The notes: generated from the letters alone by a model not told the origin. A stretch of DNA of 64,000 nt from Parcubacteria group bacterium (GCA_943357895.1 CALRGO010000003.1:15389-79388); one strand, 5' to 3'; shown: positions 20,519 through 30,573, numbered from the stretch's first letter. Translations and numbers: made by a program.

Positions 20519-21244
20519 CTACTCGCAACTCGGGTCCGCGGGGTTTATCTCACACAACTGAGACTTAACCACCTCCACTTTTTTTGAAATATCAACGGAC
20601 TGTCCGCCATCATTTTCACAATGAAGCGTGTATGTCGTCGTTGACTTAGGCGCTACGGTTATACCGCCGCCGGAGGCGGGCGTTACCGTACCTACGCCCG
20701 ATATTCTGCACCGCTCAGCATCATTACAACTCCACGTAAGGCGTGCAGTTTTTTGCGGTGCCACGAGCACACGCGGGCCGGCATTGAAGCTGCACAACAA
20801 GTCGTACGTCTTCGGTGGTTCCGGCGGCACGATACACCGCTCTAAATTTACGCCGTAATTTGCGCCCTTCATTTTAAGCCAGCCAACTACGTCTGACCCC
20901 CATGCGTAACCCGTAAGTGAACAGCCAGTTTCCGCCGTTCCCGTTATTTCCGTCTTATACGTAGCGCCCGCTAGCTTTATAATGCCATCCCAACCGGAAA
21001 CATTACTGCTAATTACATTCGAGCAATCCCCGCCCTCGGTAGCGGAACATACGCGCGCGCGATCACCGGCGAACTTAACCCAGCCGATATGCGAAGACCA
21101 TGCGTAGCCGCCATAGGCGCCCGTTTCGTCGTTAATAGTCACTTGGTGCGCCGGTCCCTGGAACGAAAGCCAGCCAATATTCTCGGACCATGCGTAGCCG
21201 TTAAGACCTATGAGAGCTACGACTGGAAGGAAAAAAAACCCCAT
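20519..21244 (-). CDS. Secreted protein with three GYAWS/G repeats and an Ig-like C-domain
   Basis: GYAWSENIGW, GYAWSSHIGW, GYAWGSDVVGW; TTTYTLHC. Confidence 0.75.
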   Translation of the reverse strand: MGFFFLPVVALIGLNGYAWSENIGWLSFQGPAHQVTINDETGAYGGYAWSSHIGWVKFAGDRARVCSATEGGDCSNVISSNVSGWDGIIKLAGATYKTEITGTAETGCSLTGYAWGSDVVGWLKMKGANYGVNLERCIVPPEPPKTYDLLCSFNAGPRVLVAPQKTARLTWSCNDAERCRISGVGTVTPASGGGITVAPKSTTTYTLHCENDGGQSVDISKKVEVVKSQLCEINPADPSCE

Positions 21245-21247
21245 ACA

Positions 21248-21751
21248 TTAATAAAACCAAGAAACAGGGTTATACCAAACGTCGCTACTACTGCCGCTGC
21301 CACCGCTTACTATGTTCTTATAGGTATATAACGAGGCTGTGCATCCAGAAGGAGCTTTTGATCCACATGTTTTACCTTTAGAACTGATTTGTAAGTCCAT
21401 AATCCGCATATCACGCAACTGCCCACCAGAACAGTGGGCGCCATTCGTAATAGCAATCGAGGCAAAACTACTTCCATCGCTCCGGCAGTCGCACTTCCAC
21501 CCCTCCCAATTACACGCCGAGCCGGCATCGAGCCATGATGTGCGCGTGCTCTCACCGAGCGTTATGCTTGCAGACTTCATAGTCTGCATAACGAGGCCGC
21601 CGCTTTTTTCCTGCACACCCGCGCCGACGTTAAGCGGCGCCGCAACGTTTTTAGTGGGCGGCGTGCCCGTCGGTTCGGTAAACGCAAATGCCGTACTTAT
21701 AATGAGCGCGGATAATGCCGTCGCCGCAACGCACGAAAGAATTTGTTTCAT
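21248..21751 (-). CDS. Secreted Cys-containing protein with FTEPT..PP..N..PLN motif
   Basis: Signal peptide plus AFTEPTGTPPTKNVAAPLNVG; six Cys in the C-terminal half. Confidence 0.7.
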   Translation of the reverse strand: MKQILSCVAATALSALIISTAFAFTEPTGTPPTKNVAAPLNVGAGVQEKSGGLVMQTMKSASITLGESTRTSWLDAGSACNWEGWKCDCRSDGSSFASIAITNGAHCSGGQLRDMRIMDLQISSKGKTCGSKAPSGCTASLYTYKNIVSGGSGSSSDVWYNPVSWFY

Positions 21752-21859
21752 ACCATAAGTATATCATATAAACCTTATTGACTGATTACATTACAAGGAG
21801 CATTCTAATCCCCAGCAATCTCCCAACTGAAAAATACCCCCTATTCAAGGAATCAAACC

Positions 21860-22543
21860 ATGGACTTGCCACTCTTATTCGTTGTCTACATCACAACTAA
21901 CAATAAAGAAATCGTTTGTATAAATCACAACGGACTACTCATCTTACCCCGCTACGAACCCGAAAGAATATACAGCAAGGAGGCAATCACGAGTGCTCTC
22001 ATGCGACAAATACAAGAGAGTATGCGGATAAATGGAAAGGTGAATCTTGTGGATGCGGAGCGGCATCGCGTACATGAGCCGAAAAAAAATACACTTACCA
22101 ACCTTCCTGCCGATGACAATGAAAATTGCGAAGATGACGATTATTTTGAAGGATTGTTACATGGAATCGATCCGCGGACGACCCCCGAAGAGATTGCGAT
22201 GAAGGATGACTCCCCCTTTCGTGTCTGCGTTGCCTACGATTGCATCCCCTGCGCAGAAGAGCCGAAAAATCCACGTACTTCACCGTACGGGCAATGGGCG
22301 AGTGAACTATTCACGTATCAAAAATTTGAGGAATGGGATGCGAATAGGAAGGCGCGTAAAGCGCAAGAAAAAAAGATTGTGCGCATGCCCGTCGAAGAAT
22401 GGAATACGAGGATCTCCTTAGGCACCATCAAAGACAAAATAAGCGTCATGGCAACGGAAATTGCCCAAGAGTGGATCGCCATGATCAAGCCCCCGTCATT
22501 CCCCCGCAAAACCAAAAAAAAGGCCATGGGGAAGAAAAAATGA
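21860..22543 (+). CDS. Hypothetical protein, possibly a degenerate Nudix fold
   Basis: Promoter TTGACT-N17-CATTCT, SD AAGGA; C-terminal MPVEEW...LGTIKD resembles NudF-type tail. Confidence 0.65.
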   Translation: MDLPLLFVVYITTNNKEIVCINHNGLLILPRYEPERIYSKEAITSALMRQIQESMRINGKVNLVDAERHRVHEPKKNTLTNLPADDNENCEDDDYFEGLLHGIDPRTTPEEIAMKDDSPFRVCVAYDCIPCAEEPKNPRTSPYGQWASELFTYQKFEEWDANRKARKAQEKKIVRMPVEEWNTRISLGTIKDKISVMATEIAQEWIAMIKPPSFPRKTKKKAMGKKK

Positions 22544-22578
22544 AAAAAGCCGCTGCGCAGGATGCACAGCGGCTTTTC
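22543..22578. terminator. Bidirectional terminator
   Basis: aaaaaagccgctgcgca-gga-tgcacagcggcttttc. Confidence 0.75.
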
Positions 22579-23229
22579 TTATTTTTGTATGCTCATGGGG
22601 AACGAATACACCTTCTTACCGGACTCGGTGCCGGTTGTTTCTACGGTGATTAAATAATCGCCAGCCGCCGTCCACGCATGACTTAATGTTTTTTCGCTTT
22701 TCTGCGGCACTGTACCCGACGTCGTTTGCTTATCACCCCAATCAACCGTATATAAAATATCTTCGGTATCCGCGCCGACAACGAAGGACATCATCTGCCC
22801 CGCAGGCCTTACAATAGACACATTCGATGGTAAGGCGCTCACACCTGTTGCCGAAATGCCAAATATTTGTGTCGCTTCCTTACGGGCAGTATCAACCGCC
22901 GTCTTTGAAATATCTTTTATGAAATCCGTTACCGCCTCCTTTGGCTTTTCAAGCACCGTCTCGACTGCCGAATCAACGAGCTTTTTTCCCTTCTCCTGCA
23001 ACGTCTCACCCTCTTTTAACGTTGATGTTGCGGTAGTAAAAGAAACTTTACCGAACGAAGAAAAATCCCCCTTAAAAATCTTCTTAGTATTCGCCGCACT
23101 AAAATCCCCGCCCCATGCATAATAGATTCCACCAATCACGACTATGAACAAAAAAAGATACATGAGGGAATTACCACCCCCACCGGAACGCCGTTTTTGC
23201 CGGCGCGGAAAATCGTCGTCTTCGTACAT
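22579..23229 (-). CDS. Membrane protein with C-terminal PKD-like domain
   Basis: TM helix; YTVDWGD...HAWTAAGDYLITV. Confidence 0.8.
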   Translation of the reverse strand: MYEDDDFPRRQKRRSGGGGNSLMYLFLFIVVIGGIYYAWGGDFSAANTKKIFKGDFSSFGKVSFTTATSTLKEGETLQEKGKKLVDSAVETVLEKPKEAVTDFIKDISKTAVDTARKEATQIFGISATGVSALPSNVSIVRPAGQMMSFVVGADTEDILYTVDWGDKQTTSGTVPQKSEKTLSHAWTAAGDYLITVETTGTESGKKVYSFPMSIQK

Positions 23230-23241
23230 AACTACAGTGTA

Positions 23242-24402
23242 CTAGTTTTTTAAAACAACCGCATCGCCTGCATCCATAAAGATAGCTTCGCGGTATTTGT
23301 TACGCGGGTTCCATATGAGCCACTGGCTCTTTAGCCCTGCGTCTGCAATAGCCCGCATCTGCTCGCGCACCATAAAGGGGGTATATACTGCACCCATATC
23401 AAAGTCCTGCACCCACGGGCGGATATTCGTAAACGGCACGCCCGCATCTGCAAAAATCTCCTTACCCTTCGCGAGCGTCTGTGCCATTACTTCGTACGGG
23501 TGCTCTGCGGGGTTCTTAAAATTAAAATTACCAGTGCTGTAATGTGACGGGTAGATCATGGGGCACACGTCATCAAGCACGGCTGCTAAAGCAGGCGCAG
23601 ACTGACCAATACCCATATCGTACTTGCGCATGAACGTGTAACCGAAAATATCTGCTGTAAGGCGCACGTCGGGATATTCACCCTTTAGGGTCTGCTTGAG
23701 GTATTTTGCTACGGAAACTATCACATCCGGCTTCGTACCGACAGCCTCGCTCCAAAAAGGATATACGGCGTTCGCTACCCCCTCGGATGGAAAACGGAAA
23801 TAATCGAGGTTAATTTCCGCAAAGCCCGCCTTAATAGCGTCGCGCGAAATCCCCGCCACGTATTCCCATGCCTTCTTATTGCTCGCGTCAAGCCAATACC
23901 GGCCGCCGTTATCGCGCCAAAGAGCGCCACTTGCAAGCTGTATCGCCCATGACGGGTTCGCTTTCGCCACCGCATTGTTTTGGAAGGCGACGACGCGCGC
24001 TATGGGGAAAATCTTCAAAAAACGCAGTTGGCGGACAAGCATACGCATCTCATCGTCCATCACCACACGGCCAGTCGCGTCCTGTATGTCTATTACGACT
24101 GCGTTCGGGGCGTAATCACCTTCTGAGGCCTTAATAAGCCGCACAATATCTTCCATGCGCGGGCTGTACGCAGTTGAAGCGGTAATATAGAGCGCACGAA
24201 CCTCTTCGGGATACGTTACGGGCGGCATCGGACTCGCAAGGGACACGGGGTGCGGCCCGCGGGCTATGTGGCGCGGCAGGCGGTACATGCCGTTCCACAC
24301 AACACACAAATAAATACAAAAAAGACCAAAGGCAAGAATAAGCGTAAGGGCGCACGCAAACGCACAATGCTTTTTTATGTGATGCTTAATTTTAATTGCC
24401 AT
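23242..24402 (-). CDS. Putative glycoside hydrolase (DUF4015-like)
   Basis: VRALYIT, NAVVIDI, EINLDYFRFP, PMIYPSHY, RPWVQDF. Confidence 0.85.
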   Translation of the reverse strand: MAIKIKHHIKKHCAFACALTLILAFGLFCIYLCVVWNGMYRLPRHIARGPHPVSLASPMPPVTYPEEVRALYITASTAYSPRMEDIVRLIKASEGDYAPNAVVIDIQDATGRVVMDDEMRMLVRQLRFLKIFPIARVVAFQNNAVAKANPSWAIQLASGALWRDNGGRYWLDASNKKAWEYVAGISRDAIKAGFAEINLDYFRFPSEGVANAVYPFWSEAVGTKPDVIVSVAKYLKQTLKGEYPDVRLTADIFGYTFMRKYDMGIGQSAPALAAVLDDVCPMIYPSHYSTGNFNFKNPAEHPYEVMAQTLAKGKEIFADAGVPFTNIRPWVQDFDMGAVYTPFMVREQMRAIADAGLKSQWLIWNPRNKYREAIFMDAGDAVVLKN

Positions 24403-25261
24403 GCGGGAAAACCAGAATAAACCACGCGACAACCGCAAGAAGCACCGCTAAGACCTTTTCGGGAATATTTTTAACCGCTCCAGAAAGCGGAAAAAATATC
24501 TTTTTTGCATGCTTTTCGCGCAAAAAACCGCTGATTGTAGTACGCAGATCCGCCCCTGACTTTACGGCCTTAAGCGTGCCATCCCGTGCGACGGAAATTG
24601 TCCCCTTTTCCTCCGAAACGATTACCGCGAGGGCGTCGGATACCTCGGCAATACCCAAGCCCGCGCTATGGCGCGTGCCATATATCTCGATCTGCCCGAA
24701 GTCCTGCGATAACGGCAAATGCACGCCGAACTTCGTAATCGTCTTACCCTCGATAATAAGCGCGCCGTCATGCCCTGGACTCGACGCGTCAAAAATGCTT
24801 TCGAGAAGCGGTTCGGAGATCTTCCCATACAGGTCAAAACCGCCCGAAAGGTGTCGCCCGAGCGATTCGCGGCCAGCGAATACCACAAGCATGCCAGTTT
24901 TTTCCTTAGCAAACCGTTCGGCGACGCGCACGACGCGGTCAATGTCTTCCGTCACCGGTTTTTTGCCTATATTTTTAGCCGTCGGGGAAAGGATAATAGC
25001 GATAATCTCAAAATAGCGACGCAGTTCAGACTGAAAGAGTATTACGATACCGATAAGGAAGACGCTAAAAAAAAGATTGAGCGCCTGCGCCGTAAGAGGA
25101 AAATCAAATATTTTTGCCGCGCCGTATACGAAAGAAACGATAATTATTCCGTAGACGATGAAAAGCGCGCGCGTCTGCTTTAAAAGCATAATAAGCCCAT
25201 ACACGAAAAAGGAAAAAATAAAGATATCGAATAACGCAGTGATGCTCATTGCATACATCAT
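24392..25261 (-). CDS. cdaA: Diadenylate cyclase CdaA/DacA
   Basis: 3 TM helices, FQSELRR, HDGA, GTRH, VSEE. Confidence 0.92.
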   Translation of the reverse strand: MMYAMSITALFDIFIFSFFVYGLIMLLKQTRALFIVYGIIIVSFVYGAAKIFDFPLTAQALNLFFSVFLIGIVILFQSELRRYFEIIAIILSPTAKNIGKKPVTEDIDRVVRVAERFAKEKTGMLVVFAGRESLGRHLSGGFDLYGKISEPLLESIFDASSPGHDGALIIEGKTITKFGVHLPLSQDFGQIEIYGTRHSAGLGIAEVSDALAVIVSEEKGTISVARDGTLKAVKSGADLRTTISGFLREKHAKKIFFPLSGAVKNIPEKVLAVLLAVVAWFILVFPHGN

Positions 25262-25316
25262 ACGGAATTGCGCAAAAAAAACACAGCCTTGTCGGCTGTG
25301 TTTCTCTGGATTCGCT

Positions 25317-25907
25317 TTATATTTCTATTGTGATAAGCGATTTCTCGTTTGCCATTACCGTTATCGGCATCATTTTCACGACTTCGTCGGGAATGCCCGA
25401 GGAGACGTTTAATGTCCTCACCCTTACCTCGTCGTACTGCATCGCCGAAAGCGATACGGTAAATACGAGCGTCGACTGACCTGCTGGTACCGCACGATAG
25501 CCATCGTAGACTTGAATCCACGCCGCATCTCCCTCGCTTGCGCGCGCCGGGTTATGTACGTATATCGCGCGTACCGCAACCGCATCCTTCGCGAGCACCG
25601 AAAACGCCACCTCGCCCTTACCCGCTGGCATAGGCGTAGTCACACTTCCTACCACTACTTCCGGCATTACATCTTCCTCTATCACGGGCATTACACCAGA
25701 CTCTTCCACACCCAATTCTTCTGCGTCTGCTACCGTCGAAGTTGCCTCCTCCGTCGCTGTTTCGCTTTCGGGGGCGATTGCCGAATTAGACGACATTAAA
25801 AGCTTTACGCCCGCAACCACGATAACGAGCACTAAAATTACGATGACGAGATTAGTCCCCGCCTGACTCTTTTCCGCATCATTCTGCGGCATATTTTTCA
25901 TATCCAT
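25317..25907 (-). CDS. Hypothetical membrane-anchored protein
   Basis: TM helix, acidic linker, beta-rich C-terminus. Confidence 0.7.
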   Translation of the reverse strand: MDMKNMPQNDAEKSQAGTNLVIVILVLVIVVAGVKLLMSSNSAIAPESETATEEATSTVADAEELGVEESGVMPVIEEDVMPEVVVGSVTTPMPAGKGEVAFSVLAKDAVAVRAIYVHNPARASEGDAAWIQVYDGYRAVPAGQSTLVFTVSLSAMQYDEVRVRTLNVSSGIPDEVVKMMPITVMANEKSLITIEI

Positions 25908-26013
25908 ATGGGAAGTATCGTATGCCCCCTAAAAAATAGTGTCAATCTGTACAAACTATGAAAAAAGCGGGGATTTAGAATCCCCGCCTTGAAAGACAGT
26001 GTACGACACAGCA

Positions 26014-26529
26014 CTACAATTGGGCGAACGCGAGGCAATCCGTATTAGGATAATAATCGCATGCAGGAATGAGTCGCGTGAGCCACTGGTCGGTATCGCT
26101 CTTACGCACCATCACGGGACGCAATTCTCCACCAGAAGATTCATACACAGAAAGCCCGTAAAACCAAATGCGGTGAATTTTTAGCAAACGCAAAAATGGA
26201 ATTTCATACTGATTGCGACACAGTTCCCACGCATGCTGAATTCCCAAAAGGGATGGCTGAAAGTAATTAAAGCGATCGTCGATAACCTGCGAAATAGCTC
26301 TATCCCCCCTTCTTGTCTTTTCCCCGATGATGGGCGCCCCGATATAGAGGGAGCATACAAGCGTCACCGAAGAATCGGGCCCAATACAATCGATCCAAGG
26401 AAATGTTGCCTGCAAAACCCCAAGCGATGGCCGATTAATAGCCTGAATAGCGACTGGCTCCGGCGGATGGACGAATGCCATAAAATGCTTACGGCTGACA
26501 TGCATCGACCTATCTAAAAGCGCGTTCAT
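26014..26529 (-). CDS. Hypothetical protein (stand-alone, SD-led)
   Basis: SD AGGAG; downstream hairpin 25961-25990. Confidence 0.6.
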   Translation of the reverse strand: MNALLDRSMHVSRKHFMAFVHPPEPVAIQAINRPSLGVLQATFPWIDCIGPDSSVTLVCSLYIGAPIIGEKTRRGDRAISQVIDDRFNYFQPSLLGIQHAWELCRNQYEIPFLRLLKIHRIWFYGLSVYESSGGELRPVMVRKSDTDQWLTRLIPACDYYPNTDCLAFAQL

Positions 26530-26606
26530 TCAGTTTCTCCTGTGAATGAGATGAAAAGGATTGTATCCCCATAAACGATCAAATAGCTAAATATATAATA
26601 TACCGT

Positions 26607-27623
26607 TTACTTTAATACGGCAATACCCGCTTCGCTTGCGAACCGCGCAAGCGGAAAAATGGCGGATAGAGTGCTATTACGCGAATAATCTTCTTTAGCG
26701 CTGACCACACCTATGACGTACCCGTGCCAAAATACCGGCGAGCCAGACCGGCCGCCGATTATCTCCATAACCGCCGTCATCCCCACGGGCTGATTCTTAA
26801 AAAGCTTATCACCACCCACAATATCCTTAATTTCCCCCATACTCCCCTGCAAATAAAAGTTATTTCCATACGACGGCACGCCGCTCGGGAAGCCAAAACT
26901 TACGACTTCGTCGCCCGTAACAGGAAGTTCGAAAATTTTCATAGGACTCGCGATAAACGAACGTGGCATTGTGCCGCTCACAGCCGAGGTAATACGCATA
27001 AGAGCGCTATCCGCGAAATCGTACTCCCCGTCGCTCATACCGCTTACCGTCGGCTCCGGCGACACGAACGCTACGTGGGCGACGTATGCGAATTCGGTAA
27101 CCGGCGTGAAAGAGTTAAGTCTACGGATATCTTCAACCGTCGGGGTTTTTATACCATCGGGCGGCACGGCGATGCGGCACGAATCCAAAGAATAATTCTG
27201 TAATCCCTGCTTGCCACCGGTTATCCCATATGTGTATTTTATATCGACGACATGACGCGCCGTCAGCACGTATCCTTCCGCGCCAACCATGACGCCCGAT
27301 CCGTACGTAGTCGTCTGATCACCCGCCGCGTTTTTAAAAAGGCATTTAACGACGACTACCGACCGGAGGTCTATGGGGATATCCGTAACGGTTTTTTGAA
27401 CGGGCGGAGTAGGCGCTTCGATAACGGTAGGCGGAGGCGAACTAGGTTGCGCAGAAACCTTAGGCGCAGACTGCTTTTTTTCGACCGGAATAACCTGCTT
27501 TTTTTCCATGACAGGCAAGGCGCGCTTCGGCACAGGAAAAGAAAATTGCGCTGTATGCGGGGGCGCCATGAGAATAGCCGTAACAAAGACACCAAACGCG
27601 ATACCGTACGGGATGTACTTCAT
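26607..27623 (-). CDS. Trypsin-like serine protease
   Basis: LTARHV, DSALM, GRSGSP catalytic triad motifs. Confidence 0.88.
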   Translation of the reverse strand: MKYIPYGIAFGVFVTAILMAPPHTAQFSFPVPKRALPVMEKKQVIPVEKKQSAPKVSAQPSSPPPTVIEAPTPPVQKTVTDIPIDLRSVVVVKCLFKNAAGDQTTTYGSGVMVGAEGYVLTARHVVDIKYTYGITGGKQGLQNYSLDSCRIAVPPDGIKTPTVEDIRRLNSFTPVTEFAYVAHVAFVSPEPTVSGMSDGEYDFADSALMRITSAVSGTMPRSFIASPMKIFELPVTGDEVVSFGFPSGVPSYGNNFYLQGSMGEIKDIVGGDKLFKNQPVGMTAVMEIIGGRSGSPVFWHGYVIGVVSAKEDYSRNSTLSAIFPLARFASEAGIAVLK

Positions 27624-29212
27624 TCAGTGCGGATATGCGTGAACGCGTATTCTTTCGTACCGCCGACTTTTTTATTCGGATTAAAAATATTTTTAGGATC
27701 GAAGATATGCTTCGCTTTCGCAAATAAGGCGCAGATTTCTTTGCCGTACATCTGCTCTAAATAAGGCGTACGAATAATGCCGTCGTTATGCTCCGCCGTA
27801 ATCGAACCCTTATACCGCATGACAAGCGCATAGACGGCGTCCATAAGAACGGGAATAATCTGCCGCACGCGCGCGCTCGATAAATCCATAAGCGGTATGA
27901 TGTGGAAATTGCCGTCACCCGCATGGCCGGCAATCGTATACGTCATGTCGGCCATATATGGCGTGAAAAGGGCATTAAGTTCGGGTAAAAACGTTGGTAG
28001 GTATTCCGGTAAAACGATAATGTCGTCAACGAAGGGGGCCGTTTGTCGACCCCGTATTTTTGTGCGAAGTAAATTAAAACTCTCGCGCCGTATAGCCCAA
28101 TATTTTTCTGCGTCGCGGACAGTATTCGTAATACGCATAGTGCAACCGAAACGGCGTATGTCACGCATAGCCTGCCGCGCGCGCGCAAGCGTTTCTTCCT
28201 CCGAATCGCCAGTAAATTCGGCGAGCAATACGAGCTTGGGTAAGCCGCCATTACGCACCGCCATCCACATCTCGGGCAAAAACCGCAAACCGAACCGAAA
28301 AAGCATATAGCGCATTCCAAGCCACAACGTATTATTATCGTACGACTCGAAACTCTCGGGTTTAAAAGCGAGTATGCCATGCACAATATCCCCTAAACGC
28401 TTCGTGTCGTTTAAAAATATAATGAGCAGGCGCGAATACTTCTTCGGCCTAATAGTCCTAAACTCTATTTCGGTAATTATGCCGAGCGTCCCTTGCGAGC
28501 CGCTGAAAAGCCGCGTAAGGTCAAATATTTTTCCGTCATATACGTCCCACAACGCATAACCGGCGGAGTTTTTACTGACGCGCGGCTTTGCGGCTGCGAG
28601 TATGGCGGTATTGTCCGTAATAAGCTGATACATATCGCGATAGATACCACCCTCGAAATCTGCCTGCCGGAGCTTGGCACGTAATTGCATTGAATTAAGA
28701 GGCTGTAAAATATATTCCTTGCCGTCGGAAAGAACAACATTCAGACGCCGCACATAATCTGCGGTCTTTCCGTAGCGCAACGTTTTTTCCCCACCCGAAT
28801 TATTTGCCACCATACCGCCCACGGCGCACAAAGCTTTTGACGCGGTATAACTCGGCAATAAAAAATCCTGCGCTGCAATCGCCTTTTCGAAATCGCGGTA
28901 ATAAACGCCGGGCTCCGCAACCGCCATGCCGTACCGCACTTCGCGGATGGCGTTCATGTGCCGCGTGAAGTCTACGACGACAGACTCGGTTAAGGGACCG
29001 CCCGACATGTCCGTGCCCGCCGCGCGCGCGGTAAGAGAAATACCGAGATGCGCGTTAGCATTCGCAAACGCCACGAGCGCCGTAACGTCGCTTGCGTTGC
29101 GTGGAAACACAACCGCCTGCGGCATAACTTTAAACAAGCTTGCGTCGCGGCTGTATTTCGCGCGCGTCGCGCCGTCGCTCTCAACCTCCCCCTTAAAATT
29201 AGGAATAATCAT
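27620..29212 (-). CDS. FAD-linked oxidase (GlcD/D-lactate dehydrogenase-like)
   Basis: RAAGT, GGMVANNSGG, GSQGTLG, GHAGDGNFH, AEHNDG. Confidence 0.92.
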   Translation of the reverse strand: MIIPNFKGEVESDGATRAKYSRDASLFKVMPQAVVFPRNASDVTALVAFANANAHLGISLTARAAGTDMSGGPLTESVVVDFTRHMNAIREVRYGMAVAEPGVYYRDFEKAIAAQDFLLPSYTASKALCAVGGMVANNSGGEKTLRYGKTADYVRRLNVVLSDGKEYILQPLNSMQLRAKLRQADFEGGIYRDMYQLITDNTAILAAAKPRVSKNSAGYALWDVYDGKIFDLTRLFSGSQGTLGIITEIEFRTIRPKKYSRLLIIFLNDTKRLGDIVHGILAFKPESFESYDNNTLWLGMRYMLFRFGLRFLPEMWMAVRNGGLPKLVLLAEFTGDSEEETLARARQAMRDIRRFGCTMRITNTVRDAEKYWAIRRESFNLLRTKIRGRQTAPFVDDIIVLPEYLPTFLPELNALFTPYMADMTYTIAGHAGDGNFHIIPLMDLSSARVRQIIPVLMDAVYALVMRYKGSITAEHNDGIIRTPYLEQMYGKEICALFAKAKHIFDPKNIFNPNKKVGGTKEYAFTHIRTE

Positions 29213-29366
29213 TCCCCCTTAGTATACAGCACTGACTTATTACTTACATATAGGGTGATTAGCATGAACCGCCAGGTTTGAGAGCCGCCTCATATTCTAT
29301 TCTGCATTTTTTTATTTCTTTTCTTCTATTATATTCATCCATAGGAGATAAAATATACAGAATTAA

Positions 29367-30203
29367 TTAAATGATTCGGAATGTATATCCATCCTTTTTT
29401 ATAAGGCCATCACGCATGAGGCCGCCCAAAGCAGTTTTGATTTTATCTATAGGCTCAGACGCACGTTTTGCAAGTGCCGTTTCCGTAAACGAGCTGTTCG
29501 TGAGCAGCCTTACGATCTTCCCGCGCGTTTCGCGTACGGATCCTTCGAACTTTGATTGCTTTACATAGTGCGCTGAGGCGCGACTCGGGTTCTTATTAAC
29601 CTTCTTAAGCATCGTGCCGTAATCCATAAGCGCGTAGTACCACTCGCGCGCTTGCCCGCCGGAGCCTTGGCGAAGGCTGGGGAGTGGTAATGCCTTTTTG
29701 ACTAATGGGAGTATATCGCCATCCTTCACGCCTGACCTGCCGGCAAAAAAGTGATGTAAAAATACGGCACGGACGTTCGTTTCTATAAAAAATTCGGGGC
29801 TGTTCCAGGCAAAGACCGCGATAGACCGTGCAGTCGCAGGGCCGATACCGGCTAATTTTTCGAGCTCTTCCGGACTTTGCGGCAAGCGGCCGCGGTAGTC
29901 ACGCATTACTACTTCAGCCGCCTTCTTTAAATACAACGCGCGGCGGTTATAACCCATGCCCTGCCACGCACTAAGCAGTTCGTTAAGAGGTGCTTCCGCG
30001 AGCGCTTTGAAATTTGGAAATAGCTTTATAAATTGCGGGAATTTTTCCATAACGCGCGCAACCTGTGTTTGCTGGAGCATAACCTCCGAAACGAACACAT
30101 AGTATGGCGTTATTTTCTCCCGCCACGGCATAGCCCGCTTGTTTACGGCATAATAACCCCACACGGTTTTTTGAAACTCTTTTATTTCCACGCCTAGAAG
30201 CAT
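29367..30203 (-). CDS. mutY: A/G-specific adenine glycosylase MutY-like, no Fe-S motif
   Basis: VSEVMLQQTQV, WQGMGYNRRA, GIGPATA. Confidence 0.9.
   Translation of the reverse strand: MLLGVEIKEFQKTVWGYYAVNKRAMPWREKITPYYVFVSEVMLQQTQVARVMEKFPQFIKLFPNFKALAEAPLNELLSAWQGMGYNRRALYLKKAAEVVMRDYRGRLPQSPEELEKLAGIGPATARSIAVFAWNSPEFFIETNVRAVFLHHFFAGRSGVKDGDILPLVKKALPLPSLRQGSGGQAREWYYALMDYGTMLKKVNKNPSRASAHYVKQSKFEGSVRETRGKIVRLLTNSSFTETALAKRASEPIDKIKTALGGLMRDGLIKKDGYTFRII
29651..29681. repeat. REP-like element inside mutY
   Basis: cttgcccgccggagccttggcgaaggctggg, read as PSLRQGSGGQA. Confidence 0.6.
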
Positions 30204-30249
30204 AACAAAACCGCCACAAAGGGAAATCCTTATGGCGGTTTTGTCTATC

Positions 30250-30270
30250 CACTACTCACTACCCACTCCG
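30250..30270. repeat. Period-7 tandem repeat, reverse orientation of 18852-18882
   Basis: cactact cactacc cactccg. Confidence 0.45.
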
Positions 30271-30408
30271 TTAACCGAGGAACCACTCTACTATGTCGCT
30301 TAACGCCGCGAAGTGCATATCATCCTTCTTGCGGATATAGTGCACGATGCCGTACCCAAGATAGCCAACGAGAAATGGGGACGCGGCAACCAAAAGAACC
30401 TTTTTCAT
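30271..30408 (-). CDS. Small single-TM peptide (45 aa)
   Basis: MKKVLLVAASPFLVGYLGYGIVHYIRKKDDMHFAALSDIVEWFLG; starts 3 nt after the upstream stop. Confidence 0.6.
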   Translation of the reverse strand: MKKVLLVAASPFLVGYLGYGIVHYIRKKDDMHFAALSDIVEWFLG

Positions 30409-30411
30409 TCG

Positions 30412-30573
30412 CTACTTCTTAGCGCATTCGCAACCCACGCAGTTAGTGCCACAAGTCTTCCCACAGCACGCTTTACACCGCATGCAATCCGGACTGCCGC
30501 ACTTTCCGCATCCACACGTATCAGTACCCGCTACGCACGTTTCGCACTTATTTGCTTCTTGTATTTCATCCAT
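30412..30573 (-). CDS. Metallothionein-like protein (53 aa, 13 Cys)
   Basis: MDEIQEANKCETCVAGTDTCGCGKCGSPDCMRCKACCGKTCGTNCVGCECAKK; TGGTATGCT extended -10 ends 6 nt before the ATG. Confidence 0.8.
   Translation of the reverse strand: MDEIQEANKCETCVAGTDTCGCGKCGSPDCMRCKACCGKTCGTNCVGCECAKK

Noticed and set aside
29259-29342. 27-aa minus-strand ORF MDEYNRRKEIKK...
   Set aside because: Too short, low complexity, no supporting motif
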